Below, in pieces: positions 48,605 through 58,964 of a stretch of 64,000 nt of DNA (position 1 is its first letter; each line of letters begins with the position of its first letter). Both the position numbers and the translations under genes were made by a program. Where the stretch lies: NCBI GenBank assembly GCA_051746185.1, contig JBNJEV010000007.1:26451-90450 (forward strand), given 5' to 3'. Under the pieces are notes generated by a model, which saw nothing but the letters and a program-made list of their open reading frames with translations, searched no databases and was not told where the DNA came from. The DNA is from Bacteroidota bacterium (GTDB taxonomy: Bacteria; Bacteroidota; Bacteroidia; Bacteroidales; GCA-2748055).

Positions 48605-50554
48605 TCATTTTCCCCGGCCGGTTAAACGCAGCTTCATTTCCCGGTTCCGGCGAATTTCTCCCTGCCCCATCATCCATTCCGTCACCCGGATCACCTGTTC
48701 GGCTTCCAGTCCGCTGACCGTGATCAGTTCTTCCAGGGTCACTTCCGAATCCTCCAGGATCGTTTTCAGGATCTCGCTGGCCCTTTTAAACCCCGGACTT
48801 TCCGGTCCCGCTTCTCTGTTTTTCAGGCATACATCGCACTGCCCGCATCTGGGCGCATCCAGCTGGCCGAAATAACTCAGCAGGAACTGGCTTCTGCAGA
48901 GGCTTCCGGAGGTGGCATACCGGAGCATCTCTTTGATCCGCTGCTGGTAACGCTCTTTCCTTAAATAATACCTTTCCGGGGAGATCAGCAGGTTTTTCTC
49001 GTCCAGGCGTTCCTCCAGAAAAGTGACCACCGGAACATCCCTGCGCGGGATGTAATGGATGATCTGCCGGCCGGACAAATTCCGGAGAAAGCCGTAAACC
49101 TTCTCCACCGGAATCCCGGACTTCCTGGCAAGATATTTCTCATCGATCACCGCGTACTGCGAAAAAAGGCCGCTGTAGGATCTGAGCAGCAGCTTGATAA
49201 ACCCGTCAAGTTCCGCGTGTTTCACCTGGAAGTGATACAACTCATCCCGTTTTGCCTGGAACATGATCCGCGAAGGATTGTTGATCGCCTCGGTCACCGC
49301 AATATATCCTTCCCTGCTCAGGATGGAGAGGGCACTGTGGACCGTCATGGCATTGAACCTGTACCGGGAAAGAAAATCACCCATCTCAAAGTCGTAATGC
49401 TGACCCTTCCCGCTCCCCAGGGGAACCTGGAGAAAATTGCACAGGGCCACGTACATCTGCCTGATCCGGGATATGTCCGGGAAATTTACCGCGATCCGCC
49501 GGTCCATCAGCCTGCTGTCGGGCGGACTGTAAAGGAGAATGGCATAGGCCTTCTTCCCGTCTCTCCCGGCCCGTCCCGCCTCCTGGAAATATGCTTCCGG
49601 GGCGTCGGGAAGGTCAAAATGGATCACGAACCGCACATCCGGTTTATCAATGCCCATTCCGAATGCATTGGTGGCCACCATGATCCTGAAACGGTTGGCC
49701 GACCATCCCCGCTGTTTCTCATCCCGTTCATCATGCTTCAATCCCGCATGGTAATGCTCGGCGGAGATCCCTGATTCGGTGATCAGACCGGCAATTTCCC
49801 GGCATTTTTTCCGGTTTCTCACATAGACGATCCCGCTGCCCTGCAATTTCCGGATGATCCCCATCAGCTCCCCGGTCTTGTCCTCCGTTTTCCGCACCAC
49901 ATAGGCCAGGTTTTTCCTCTCAAAGCTTTTCCGGAGCAGGTTCCTTTTTTTGAAACCCAGGCGCTCCTGGATATCATTGCACACCTCGGGTGTGGCGGTG
50001 GCCGTCAGGGCCAGCACGGGAGTTCCCTTCAGGATCTCCCGCAGAGAACTGATCTGCAGGTAAGAAGGCCTGAAGTCATAGCCCCACTGGGAAATACAGT
50101 GGGCTTCATCCACCGCGATCAAATTCACCCGCATCTCCCTGATCCTGGACCGGAAAAGTTCGGTGGCCAGTCGCTCGGGAGAAACATAAAGGAATTTGAA
50201 ATCCCCATAGATGCAATTGTCCAGCGACACGATGATCTCTGCACGGGTCAGGCCCGAATGGATGGCCACCGCCCTGATGTTCCGTTGCTTCAGCTGCTCC
50301 ACCTGGTCCTTCATCAGCGCGATCAGCGGGGTGATCACAATGCAGATCCCCCCGGTGGCCAGGGCCGGCACCTGGAAGGTAATGGATTTTCCGCCCCCGG
50401 TGGGCATCAGTGCCAGGGTGTCCTCCCCCCGTCCCACGGATTCGATGACCTCCCGCTGCAGGGGACGGAAATCTGAAAAGCCCCAGTAGTCTCTGAGTAT
50501 CTGCAGATAAGTATTCAAAATAAGTGAACCATTTTTTTTGTAATTTTGCCACAT
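48605..50554 (-). CDS. recQ: RecQ family ATP-dependent DNA helicase
   Basis: 649 aa. FRPLQREVI, MPTGGGKS, DEAHCISQWGYDFRP and a Zn-finger (CRSQ...CGQCDVC). The C-terminal region does not look like a canonical HRDC domain. Confidence 0.9.
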   Translation of the reverse strand: MWQNYKKNGSLILNTYLQILRDYWGFSDFRPLQREVIESVGRGEDTLALMPTGGGKSITFQVPALATGGICIVITPLIALMKDQVEQLKQRNIRAVAIHSGLTRAEIIVSLDNCIYGDFKFLYVSPERLATELFRSRIREMRVNLIAVDEAHCISQWGYDFRPSYLQISSLREILKGTPVLALTATATPEVCNDIQERLGFKKRNLLRKSFERKNLAYVVRKTEDKTGELMGIIRKLQGSGIVYVRNRKKCREIAGLITESGISAEHYHAGLKHDERDEKQRGWSANRFRIMVATNAFGMGIDKPDVRFVIHFDLPDAPEAYFQEAGRAGRDGKKAYAILLYSPPDSRLMDRRIAVNFPDISRIRQMYVALCNFLQVPLGSGKGQHYDFEMGDFLSRYRFNAMTVHSALSILSREGYIAVTEAINNPSRIMFQAKRDELYHFQVKHAELDGFIKLLLRSYSGLFSQYAVIDEKYLARKSGIPVEKVYGFLRNLSGRQIIHYIPRRDVPVVTFLEERLDEKNLLISPERYYLRKERYQQRIKEMLRYATSGSLCRSQFLLSYFGQLDAPRCGQCDVCLKNREAGPESPGFKRASEILKTILEDSEVTLEELITVSGLEAEQVIRVTEWMMGQGEIRRNREMKLRLTGRGK

Positions 50555-50579
50555 TTAATTTAACCAAAATATAGCAACA

Positions 50580-52049
50580 ATGTCATTTGCCCAGGATAAA
50601 ATTACCTCCGAAGGACTCACCTTTGATGATGTCCTGCTGCTTCCGGCATATTCGGAAGTATTGCCCAGGGAGGTCAGTATCAGATCACATTTCTCCAGGA
50701 ACATCCTGCTGAACACACCCATTGTATCGGCAGCGATGGATACGGTGACCGAAGACAAACTGGCCATCACCATAGCCCGCGAGGGCGGGATCGGGGTCAT
50801 CCACAAGAATATGTCCCTGGAGGAACAGGCCAGTCATGTCCGGAAGGTCAAGCGGGCGGAAAGTGTAATGATCCATGAACCCATCACCATTCAGAAGGAT
50901 GGAACTGTCCTTGACGCCCTGAATTTGATGAAGGAATATAAGATCGGGGGAATCCCGGTGGTGGATCAGGAAAACACCCTGATCGGAATTGTGACCAACA
51001 GGGACCTGCGGTTCCAGCAGGACATGAAAAAAGCCATCAGTGAGGTCATGACCAGCAGTAACATCATCACCACCACGAAAAAAACGGATCTGCCCAAAGC
51101 CGCGGAGATATTGCAGGCCCACAAGATCGAGAAGCTGCCGGTGGTGGACGGTGACCGCAAGCTGATCGGCCTGATCACCTACAAGGATATTACCAAATCA
51201 AAGGACAGGCCCAATTCCTGCAAGGACGAAAAAGGCAGGTTGCGGGTGGCGGCTGCCGTGGGCGTGACCCTGGATATTATTGACCGTGTATCGGTACTCG
51301 CAGAGGCAGGGGCCGATGCGGTGGTGATCGATACCGCCCACGGACATACCAGAGGTGTACTGGAAAGCCTGAAAAAGGTGAGGGCCGGATTCCCGGGTCT
51401 GGATATCGTGGTGGGGAATATCGGGACGGCCGATGCTGCCAGGGCACTTGTGGATGCCGGCGCCGATGCCATCAAGGTGGGTATTGGTCCGGGTTCCATC
51501 TGTACCACCCGGGTCATTGCCGGGGTGGGCATCCCCCAGCTGACCGCCATCTATGATGTGGCCGCCGCCATTCAGGGAAGCGGGGTACCGGTGATCGCCG
51601 ACGGGGGGATCCGGTATTCGGGCGACATCGTGAAAGCGCTGGCCGCCGGGGCCAGCTCTATCATGGCCGGTTCGCTGCTGGCCGGAGTGGAGGAATCTCC
51701 CGGAGAAACCATTATCTATAACGGAAGAAAATACAAGTCATACCGGGGCATGGGATCCATTGAAGCGATGCAGCAGGGATCCAGGGACAGGTATTTCCAG
51801 GATGTGGAGGATGATATCAGGAAACTTGTGCCGGAAGGGATTGCCGCCAGGGTTCCCTTTAAAGGAAGCCTTGCAGAGGTGATCTACCAGATGGTGGGAG
51901 GACTGAGGGCAGGGATGGGATACTGCGGGGCACCCGATATTTCTGCCCTGCAGAAAGCCCGGTTCGTCCGGGTCACCCATGCAGGGGTCCAGGAGAGCCA
52001 TCCGCATGATGTCACCATTACCCGAGAAGCCCCCAATTACAGCAGATAA
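50580..52049 (+). CDS. guaB: IMP dehydrogenase
   Basis: 489 aa. A CBS pair insert, the catalytic loop [11 protein letters not shown] and GGIRYSGD. Confidence 0.95.
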   Translation: MSFAQDKITSEGLTFDDVLLLPAYSEVLPREVSIRSHFSRNILLNTPIVSAAMDTVTEDKLAITIAREGGIGVIHKNMSLEEQASHVRKVKRAESVMIHEPITIQKDGTVLDALNLMKEYKIGGIPVVDQENTLIGIVTNRDLRFQQDMKKAISEVMTSSNIITTTKKTDLPKAAEILQAHKIEKLPVVDGDRKLIGLITYKDITKSKDRPNSCKDEKGRLRVAAAVGVTLDIIDRVSVLAEAGADAVVIDTAHGHTRGVLESLKKVRAGFPGLDIVVGNIGTADAARALVDAGADAIKVGIGPGSICTTRVIAGVGIPQLTAIYDVAAAIQGSGVPVIADGGIRYSGDIVKALAAGASSIMAGSLLAGVEESPGETIIYNGRKYKSYRGMGSIEAMQQGSRDRYFQDVEDDIRKLVPEGIAARVPFKGSLAEVIYQMVGGLRAGMGYCGAPDISALQKARFVRVTHAGVQESHPHDVTITREAPNYSR

Positions 52050-52093
52050 TATAAATTTACTGACACCGTTTTACTTAAAACCAGTTTCGTAAT

Positions 52094-54049
52094 ATGAAGA
52101 AATGGATTTGCTTATGGACCCTGATCCTTACAGTCACAACCGGACTGTACAGCCAGGGAGAACCTGTGCTGATGACCATCGGTGACGAACAGGTAACAGT
52201 GGATGAATTTGAAAGGATCTACAAAAAAAACAACAACGAGAGCTCCCTCAACCGCCAGACCCCGGAGGAGTACCTTGAGCTGTTCATCAATTTCAAGCTC
52301 AAGGTAAAGGAAGCGGAAGCCCTTGGAATGGATACGACCGCCAAATTCAGAAATGAACTGGAAGGTTACCGGGAGCAGCTTGCCAAACCCTATCTGTCCG
52401 ATAACGAGACCAGGGAGGAAATGATGCGGGAGGCCTATGAAAGGGCCAAACTGGATATCAAAGCTAGTCATATCCTGATCAAGCTGCCCCCCCATCCCAC
52501 CCCTGAGGATACACTGGCCGCATATGAAAAGATCATGGAGATCAGGGACCGCATTATGAACGGGGAAGATTTTGAAACAGTGGCCAGGGCCACCTCCGAC
52601 GATGCTTCGGTCAGCAGGAACGGCGGGAACCTGAATTATTTCACGGTCTTCAGCATGATCTACTCCTTTGAGACGGTCGCCTACAATACACCGGTCAATT
52701 CGGTGAGCATGCCTTTCAGGTCAGATTACGGATATCATATTATGAAGGTGCATGACCGGAGGCCCGCCAGGGGTCAGGTCAAAGTGGCGCATATTTTCGT
52801 GCGGACACCCCAGGAGATGTCCGGGACGGAAAAAGAAAAGGCCTATGAGAAGATCCAGACGGTATACGACAGTCTCCGGCTGGGAGAAGATTTCAGTGAA
52901 ATGGCCCGGAAATATTCTGAAGACCCTGCTTCTGCCCGCAACGGAGGGGAGATGCCCTGGTTCGGGACCGGCAGGATGATCCCCGAATTTGAGGATGCCT
53001 GTTTCTCCCTGGAGGAAAAAGGATCTTTCACGAAACCCTTCAAATCATTCTATGGCTGGCACATTGTCAAATTGCTGGACAAGAAAGGGATCGGGACCTA
53101 TGAGCAGATGAAGCCCGAGTTGCAGGAGAAGGTGGACCGTGGCGACCGCGGACAGTATAAGACCGAAAAATATGTGGCCGGGCTGAAAAAGGAATACGGT
53201 TACAGCGAGTACCCGGAAGCACTGGGAAAGGTGCTGAATGCAGCTGATACCTCATTGTTTTCGGCCACATGGAAGGCCGGCAGCCTGGAGCAGGACCAAA
53301 CACCGCTGATGAAGATCGGGGATCATACCGGCACTGTGGGCCAGTTTGCGGTCTACCTTGAATCCAATCAGAACGGCCGTGGCGGCGGAGATCCCGGAGC
53401 CTATGCCAGGGAGCTCTTTGAGCAGTTTGTCCGGGAAGAGATCATTGATTACGAAGAGTCACGGCTTCCTGAAAAACACCCCGAGTTCAGGTATATCTAC
53501 GAGGAGTACCATGACGGGATCCTGCTTTTTGACATCATGGATCAGAAAGTATGGTCCAGGGCGGTTTCTGATACGGCCGGACTGATCGAGTTCCATCAGG
53601 ACCACAAAACGGACTACATGTGGGATGAACGCACCGATGCGGTTGTGGTCAGCTGCAGTGAAGGGGTGGATGTGGAGAAGGTCAGAAAGAGATACAAAAA
53701 GATCCTCCGGGGAAGATGGGACCAGGAAAAGCTGAATGATAAATTCTGTGACCAGGATACGGTTGACTGCATCACCCTGACCCATCTGCTGGTGGAAGAA
53801 GGAGAAAATGAAAAAGTGGATGCCCTGAACCGGAAAGTCGGACCGGGGCCCGTGTATGAGGAAGACGGAAGAGAGCATTTTATCCTCATCAGGGAAGTCA
53901 GGCCCCCGGAACCCAAAGCCCTCAACGAGGCCAGGGGTCAGATCACCTCTGATTATCAGGATTACCTTGAAAAACAGTGGATCGCAGAGCTGAAGGAGAA
54001 ATATCCGGTTCAGGTGAACAGAAGTCTGCTTTCCGGAATAACACCCTGA
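52094..54049 (+). CDS. Periplasmic peptidyl-prolyl isomerase, parvulin (PpiC) type, SurA-like
   Basis: 651 aa with a signal peptide. Two parvulin cores (ASHILIKL...GGNLNYF...YGYHIMKV and VAHIFVRT...GGEMPWF...YGWHIVKL). Confidence 0.8.
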   Translation: MKKWICLWTLILTVTTGLYSQGEPVLMTIGDEQVTVDEFERIYKKNNNESSLNRQTPEEYLELFINFKLKVKEAEALGMDTTAKFRNELEGYREQLAKPYLSDNETREEMMREAYERAKLDIKASHILIKLPPHPTPEDTLAAYEKIMEIRDRIMNGEDFETVARATSDDASVSRNGGNLNYFTVFSMIYSFETVAYNTPVNSVSMPFRSDYGYHIMKVHDRRPARGQVKVAHIFVRTPQEMSGTEKEKAYEKIQTVYDSLRLGEDFSEMARKYSEDPASARNGGEMPWFGTGRMIPEFEDACFSLEEKGSFTKPFKSFYGWHIVKLLDKKGIGTYEQMKPELQEKVDRGDRGQYKTEKYVAGLKKEYGYSEYPEALGKVLNAADTSLFSATWKAGSLEQDQTPLMKIGDHTGTVGQFAVYLESNQNGRGGGDPGAYARELFEQFVREEIIDYEESRLPEKHPEFRYIYEEYHDGILLFDIMDQKVWSRAVSDTAGLIEFHQDHKTDYMWDERTDAVVVSCSEGVDVEKVRKRYKKILRGRWDQEKLNDKFCDQDTVDCITLTHLLVEEGENEKVDALNRKVGPGPVYEEDGREHFILIREVRPPEPKALNEARGQITSDYQDYLEKQWIAELKEKYPVQVNRSLLSGITP

Positions 54050-54051
54050 AG

Positions 54052-54897
54052 ATGAACCGGAACCTGATCATATTCGTGCTGGCAGCAATTTCTGCCGGCT
54101 GTTCTCTCACCGGGGAGGGTCGCAGGGAACAACCGGTGGCAAGGGCTTTTGAGGAATACCTCTATCCTTCGGATCTGAAGGATGCTGTCCCGGAAGGTTC
54201 CAGCAGCCAGGACAGCATCATCCTGGTGGGCCGTTACATCGATACATGGATCAAGGACCAGCTCATGCTGCACAGGGCCGAACAGGCCCTTACCGAAGAG
54301 CAAAAGGATTTTGAAAAGCAGATCGCCCAGTACCGGAAATCCCTGCTGATCTTCTCCTACAGGCAGAAACTGCTGCAGCAGAAGCTGGATACAGTTGTCA
54401 CTGAAAGCGAGATCAGGGCCTATTATGAGGAGAATATCAACAATTTCCTGCTCGGTCAGGATGTTATCAGGGGTACTTTCATCAAGGTCCCCCTCTCCGC
54501 CCCCAGACTGGCAGAACTGCGCACGTGGTCCTGGGACAACGGTGAGGAGGACCGGGCCGAAATGGAAAAATACTGTCTCAGCTATGCCGAGAAATACAGC
54601 GATTTCAACGATACCTGGGTCTATTTCTCTTCCATCAAGGTGCAGCTTCCCATGCAGATCAGCAATCCTTCAGGGTATCTGCGGTATAACAAAAATATTG
54701 AAACCTCAGATTCGCTTTTCCGGTACTTTCTCCATGTGACCGACCATTTGACCGAAGGCGAGGCCGCACCGCTGGAGATGGTATCGGACGATATTGCAAA
54801 CATCATTCTGAACAAACGGAAGATCGAGTTCTTCCGGAACCTGGAACAAAGGGTATACAGTGATGGTGTGAGCAGAAACCAGTTTGAGATTTTTTAA
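54052..54897 (+). CDS. Hypothetical lipoprotein of the SurA/PPIase cluster (chaperone-domain-like, no parvulin core seen)
   Basis: Track ORF 53977 trimmed to the ATG at 54052. MNRNLIIFVLAAISAGC is the lipobox. Confidence 0.55.
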   Translation: MNRNLIIFVLAAISAGCSLTGEGRREQPVARAFEEYLYPSDLKDAVPEGSSSQDSIILVGRYIDTWIKDQLMLHRAEQALTEEQKDFEKQIAQYRKSLLIFSYRQKLLQQKLDTVVTESEIRAYYEENINNFLLGQDVIRGTFIKVPLSAPRLAELRTWSWDNGEEDRAEMEKYCLSYAEKYSDFNDTWVYFSSIKVQLPMQISNPSGYLRYNKNIETSDSLFRYFLHVTDHLTEGEAAPLEMVSDDIANIILNKRKIEFFRNLEQRVYSDGVSRNQFEIF

Positions 54898-54906
54898 AAG
54901 GGCAAC

Positions 54907-56247
54907 ATGAGCAGGAAAATTATCATAATCATAGCGGGCATTTTATTATCACAACTGACAACGGGGCAACCCATGATCATCGACCGGGTAGTGGGCGTAG
55001 TGGGGGATTTCCATATCCTCCAGTCGGATATCGAGCAGCAGTACCTGCAGATGAAAATGTCCGGAACATCTATGCCCCCCGATGCAAGATGCGACATCTT
55101 CAACTATTTTATGGAACAGAAATTGCTGATGGCCCAGGCCAAGATCGACAGTGTGGAAGTAAGCCCCGACCAGGTCGAGATGTCCATGGAGGCCCGGCTG
55201 GATTACTTCATCAGCCAGTTCGGCAGTGAGGAAGAGATGGAGGCTTATTTCAACAAGTCGATCTTTGATATCAGGGATGATCTGAGGGAGGCCATCGGGG
55301 AACAACTGGTGACCCAGCAGGTAATGGCTTCCATCGTGGAGGATGTGTCCACCACTCCTTCCGATGTAAGAGAGTTTTACAATTCACTGCATCCCGACAG
55401 CATTCCCTATATCGACACCAGGGTAAAGATCGGCCAGATCGTTACTTATCCTGCCTACAGCGAAGAGGCTGTCTTTGAAGTGAAGGAGCGTTTGCTCGAG
55501 CTCCGCAGAAGGGTTATGGAAGGAGAGGATTTCGGTACCCTGGCCGTACTATATTCCGAAGGCCCTTCCGCCACCCGCAGGGGAGAACTGGGATACATGC
55601 TCCGCAGCGAACTGGACAAGGCCTATGCAGATGCGGCCTGGGCCCTGAAGGAAGGACAGGTCTCCAAGATCGTTGAAAGCTCCTTTGGTTTCCATATCAT
55701 CCAGCTGATCGACCGGAGGGGGGAACGGGCCAATACCAGACATATCCTGATGAATCCGAAGGCTGATGCCAATGCCAGGCAGAAAGCCATCTACAAACTG
55801 GACAGCCTGAAGCAGGCGATCGAGGATGACTCCATCACCTTCGAAATGGCTGCCAGACAATATTCGGAAGATGAACGAACCAGCGTGAACGGGGGACTGA
55901 TCGTTAATCCTACGACCAATGCGGCCACATTTGAGCTCGACCAGCTGGATACCAAGGATTACTATACCATCAGGAACATGGAGGTGGGAGATATTTCTGA
56001 GCCTTTTGAATCCACCGACCACAACAACAAAACCTGCTACAAGATCTTCCAGCTGAGAGACCGTACCGAACCGCACCGTGCCAACCTGAAACAGGATTAC
56101 AGACTGTTGCAGGAAATGGCACTTGAAAAGAAGAACCAGGAAGTGATGAATGAGTGGTACCGCAGGAAGAAGGAAGATACATACATCAGGGTCGACGATT
56201 CCTTCAAGCACTGTTCCCTCCCGGGGCAGCAGACCAGCCAGCGATGA
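54907..56247 (+). CDS. surA: SurA-like chaperone / parvulin peptidyl-prolyl isomerase
   Basis: 446 aa with a signal peptide, an N-terminal SurA_N-like region and a parvulin core (GGELGYM...FGFHIIQLIDRR...TRHILM). Confidence 0.8.
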   Translation: MSRKIIIIIAGILLSQLTTGQPMIIDRVVGVVGDFHILQSDIEQQYLQMKMSGTSMPPDARCDIFNYFMEQKLLMAQAKIDSVEVSPDQVEMSMEARLDYFISQFGSEEEMEAYFNKSIFDIRDDLREAIGEQLVTQQVMASIVEDVSTTPSDVREFYNSLHPDSIPYIDTRVKIGQIVTYPAYSEEAVFEVKERLLELRRRVMEGEDFGTLAVLYSEGPSATRRGELGYMLRSELDKAYADAAWALKEGQVSKIVESSFGFHIIQLIDRRGERANTRHILMNPKADANARQKAIYKLDSLKQAIEDDSITFEMAARQYSEDERTSVNGGLIVNPTTNAATFELDQLDTKDYYTIRNMEVGDISEPFESTDHNNKTCYKIFQLRDRTEPHRANLKQDYRLLQEMALEKKNQEVMNEWYRRKKEDTYIRVDDSFKHCSLPGQQTSQR

Positions 56248-57776
56248 AGGCTGTCTCACGTCAAAGGGCGTTGAAAATGTGCCTGCTGGCATTGCTCATC
56301 CCCCTGCCGGCAGGTTCATTGCTCGGTCAGAAAGTCACCCGGATCGAGATCCTCAATGCCGAGCTTACCGCATTCGATCAGAAGATAGGGAAAGACGCCA
56401 GGAAACTCCTGGGCAATGTTCATCTGAAGCACGAGGATGTGGTCATGTCCTGCGATTCAGCATATTTTTATCCTGCCACTTTTTCGGTGGATGCCTTCAG
56501 CAACATCCGGATCGTTCAGGGAGATACCATGACACTGACGGGCGATTTTCTGCATTATGACGGTAAAACAAAGCTGGCCGAGGTGAGGGACAATGTGAAG
56601 CTGGTCGACAAAGAATCGACCCTGCTGACCGATTACCTGGATTACGACCGGGAGTCCAAACTCGCCTATTACCTGGGAGGGGGAACCCTGACCCGGGAGG
56701 ACAACAAACTTACCAGCGAAAAAGGATATTTTTACCTGGACACGGAGATCTTTATTTTCACCGGCAGTGTGGTGATCGTCAATCCCGATTACACCATTCA
56801 TGCAGACAGTCTCCGGTACGACACCGGTACCGAGATCTCCTATTTCTACGGGCCTACCGAGATCTTCAACGAGGAACGGTACATCTACTGCGAGAACGGA
56901 TGGTACGACACAGAAAATGATATCTCCTTTGTGACCGATCATGCTTACCTGGAAGAGGAAGGACGGACACTCAGGGGAGATACGCTCTACTATGAGGCAG
57001 AAGAGGGGTTCGGGCGTGCCCGGTCCAATGTGGAGATGGTGGATACCGCGGAGAACATGATCCTCAGGGGACATTACGGGCTTTATTACCGGGAAAGCGA
57101 TTTTGCCATGATCACCGACAGCGCTCTGATGATCCAGGTGGAGGATACGGACACCATGTATGTCCATGCCGATACCCTGCGTTCGCTTCAAAATCCGGAT
57201 ATGGAGGAGAAGAGCCGGATCCTCAGGGCATATTACAGGGTGAAGATCTTCAGGTCCGATCTTCAGGCCATGTGCGATTCACTGGAATATGTGGAGGCCG
57301 ACAGCGTTTTTAAATTCTTCGGGGAACCTGTTCTGTGGTCCGATGAGAATCAGCTCACCGCCAGCCAGATCGAGGTGGTCATGAAAGACCAGCAGCTGCA
57401 CCGCATGTACCTGAACGGAACCGCCCTGGTGGTCTCCCGGAAAGATTCCGCAAAATATGACCAGATGCGGGGCAAGGAAATGACGGGTTATTTTACCGGC
57501 AATGATCTCATGAAGATCGACGTCAGGGGAAACGGACAGACCATCTATTATGCCGAGGATCAAGATGTCATCGTGGGAGCCAACAAAACCTTCTGTTCTG
57601 ATCTTGTCATCTATTTGAGAGACAATAAGATAGCCAGGGTGAACTATACCAAGAAACCGGATGGCACCTATTATCCCCTTGAGTTGTTCCCGCAGGAAGA
57701 AGCGCTGCTGGCTGATTTCAAATGGGTGGAACAATGGAGGCCGCTGACCTATCAGGATGTATTTGTATGGAAATAA
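56244..57776 (+). CDS. OstA-like (LptD N-terminal domain-like) periplasmic protein
   Basis: Track ORF 56154 trimmed to the ATG at 56244 (ATGA overlap with the surA stop). It has a signal peptide and repeated beta-jellyroll-like segments typical of OstA_N family proteins. Confidence 0.65.
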   Translation: MKAVSRQRALKMCLLALLIPLPAGSLLGQKVTRIEILNAELTAFDQKIGKDARKLLGNVHLKHEDVVMSCDSAYFYPATFSVDAFSNIRIVQGDTMTLTGDFLHYDGKTKLAEVRDNVKLVDKESTLLTDYLDYDRESKLAYYLGGGTLTREDNKLTSEKGYFYLDTEIFIFTGSVVIVNPDYTIHADSLRYDTGTEISYFYGPTEIFNEERYIYCENGWYDTENDISFVTDHAYLEEEGRTLRGDTLYYEAEEGFGRARSNVEMVDTAENMILRGHYGLYYRESDFAMITDSALMIQVEDTDTMYVHADTLRSLQNPDMEEKSRILRAYYRVKIFRSDLQAMCDSLEYVEADSVFKFFGEPVLWSDENQLTASQIEVVMKDQQLHRMYLNGTALVVSRKDSAKYDQMRGKEMTGYFTGNDLMKIDVRGNGQTIYYAEDQDVIVGANKTFCSDLVIYLRDNKIARVNYTKKPDGTYYPLELFPQEEALLADFKWVEQWRPLTYQDVFVWK

Positions 57777-57780
57777 AGAA

Positions 57781-57801
57781 AGGAGCGGGATGCTCCTTTT
57801 T
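57781..57801. terminator. Bidirectional terminator hairpin
   Basis: AGGAGC-GGGAT-GCTCCT, flanked by an A-rich run upstream and TTTTT downstream. It lies between the convergent OstA-like and DUF2795 genes. Confidence 0.6.
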
Positions 57802-58022
57802 CAGTATTCGTCTTCATTGAAGAAAAAGTCGTCCTTGCTCGGATAATCGGGCCAGATATCTTCTATGCTCTCATAGACATCCCCCTCATCCTCGATCTCC
57901 TGAAGATTCTCTATCACTTCCATGGGTGCACCTGATCGGATTGCAAAGTCGATTAATTCTTCTTTCGTGGCAGGCCAGGGTGCATCCTCAAGCTTGGAGG
58001 CTAATTCCAGTGTCCAGTACAT
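57801..58022 (-). CDS. DUF2795 domain protein
   Basis: 73 aa. PWPATKEELIDFAIRSGAPMEVIENLQEI matches the DUF2795 pattern. Confidence 0.8.
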   Translation of the reverse strand: MYWTLELASKLEDAPWPATKEELIDFAIRSGAPMEVIENLQEIEDEGDVYESIEDIWPDYPSKDDFFFNEDEY

Positions 58023-58071
58023 AGACGAAGAATTAAATGTTCATTCAACAATAGGTGCCGTTTAAGTGCGG

Positions 58072-58079
58072 CAAATTTA
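58072..58079 (-). promoter_or_regulatory. Putative sigma-A -7 box (TAAATTTG)
   Basis: A perfect TAnnTTTG on the minus strand, about 50 nt upstream of the DUF2795 ATG. Confidence 0.35.
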
Positions 58080-58205
58080 TAAAAAAAAATGAATACTACA
58101 ACAGTGAATTCCAGGGCTTCTGTTGAATCCCCGGAAGGTCAGCAATCGGCCTGGAAAAGGCAAAAAAAAGTCGGATAAACGGTTGTAAAAACGGGTAATC
58201 TCTTC

Positions 58206-58910
58206 CTATTGGTCAGGATTCTCGTTCACCTCAATACTGTCGATCTTTCCGTCCAGCAGATGGATGATCCGGTGGGCATACCGGGCAATGAAATCCTCGT
58301 GGGTGACCACCACGATGGTATTTCCCAGTTCGTGGATCTGTCCGAAAAGTTTCATGATATCCGTGGAGGTTTTGGAATCAAGATTCCCGGTCGGCTCATC
58401 AGCCAGGATGATGGAAGGCTTGTTCACCAGTGCCCTGGCCACCGCGACCCGCTGTCTTTGTCCGCCCGACAGTTCGTTGGGCCTGTGGTCCATCCTGTCT
58501 CCCAGTCCCACGCTGTCCAGCGTCTCTTTGGCCCTTTCCAGCCTGTCGGATTTGTTGCTCCCCGCATAGATCAGCGGAAGGGTCACATTTTCCAGTGCGG
58601 TATACCGGGGAAGCAGGTTGAAGGTCTGAAAAATAAAACCGATCTCCTGGTTCCTGATCTCGGCCAGCTGGTTGTCTTCCATTTTGCTTACATCGGTTCC
58701 GTTCAGGATATATTTTCCGCTGGTGGGGGTATCCAGGCATCCCACCAGGTTCATCAGTGTGGATTTTCCTGATCCCGAAGGTCCCATGATGGCCACATAT
58801 TCATTTTGTTGAATTTCAATATCCACTGAACGGAGTGCCTCCACGACGATCGAGCCGATGTAGTAGTTCTTGACGATTTTATCCAGGCTGATGACTGTGT
58901 TGTTTTCCAT
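58206..58910 (-). CDS. ABC transporter ATP-binding protein, MacB/LolD type
   Basis: 234 aa. Walker A is GPSGSGKST, the signature is [15 protein letters not shown] and Walker B is IILADEPT. No permease gene is adjacent. Confidence 0.9.
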   Translation of the reverse strand: MENNTVISLDKIVKNYYIGSIVVEALRSVDIEIQQNEYVAIMGPSGSGKSTLMNLVGCLDTPTSGKYILNGTDVSKMEDNQLAEIRNQEIGFIFQTFNLLPRYTALENVTLPLIYAGSNKSDRLERAKETLDSVGLGDRMDHRPNELSGGQRQRVAVARALVNKPSIILADEPTGNLDSKTSTDIMKLFGQIHELGNTIVVVTHEDFIARYAHRIIHLLDGKIDSIEVNENPDQ

Positions 58911-58964
58911 TTGATTTAAAATAGTTCATGAAAGTAATCATTATGGGTTAGATTCTTTTCAGGC

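Noticed and set aside
48792-48803. A minus-strand GGAAAGTCCGGG match to the conserved RNase P RNA CR-I motif.
   Set aside because: It lies in frame within the uninterrupted recQ coding sequence (PESPGFKRA). No surrounding RNase P helices are evident. It is a chance 12-mer.
58089-58178. A 29-codon plus-strand ORF (MNTTTVNSRASVESPEGQQSAWKRQKKVG) in the DUF2795 / ABC-ATPase intergenic region.
   Set aside because: It has no promoter motif, no signal or other sequence features, and sits in the predicted DUF2795 promoter region. The evidence is insufficient to call it.
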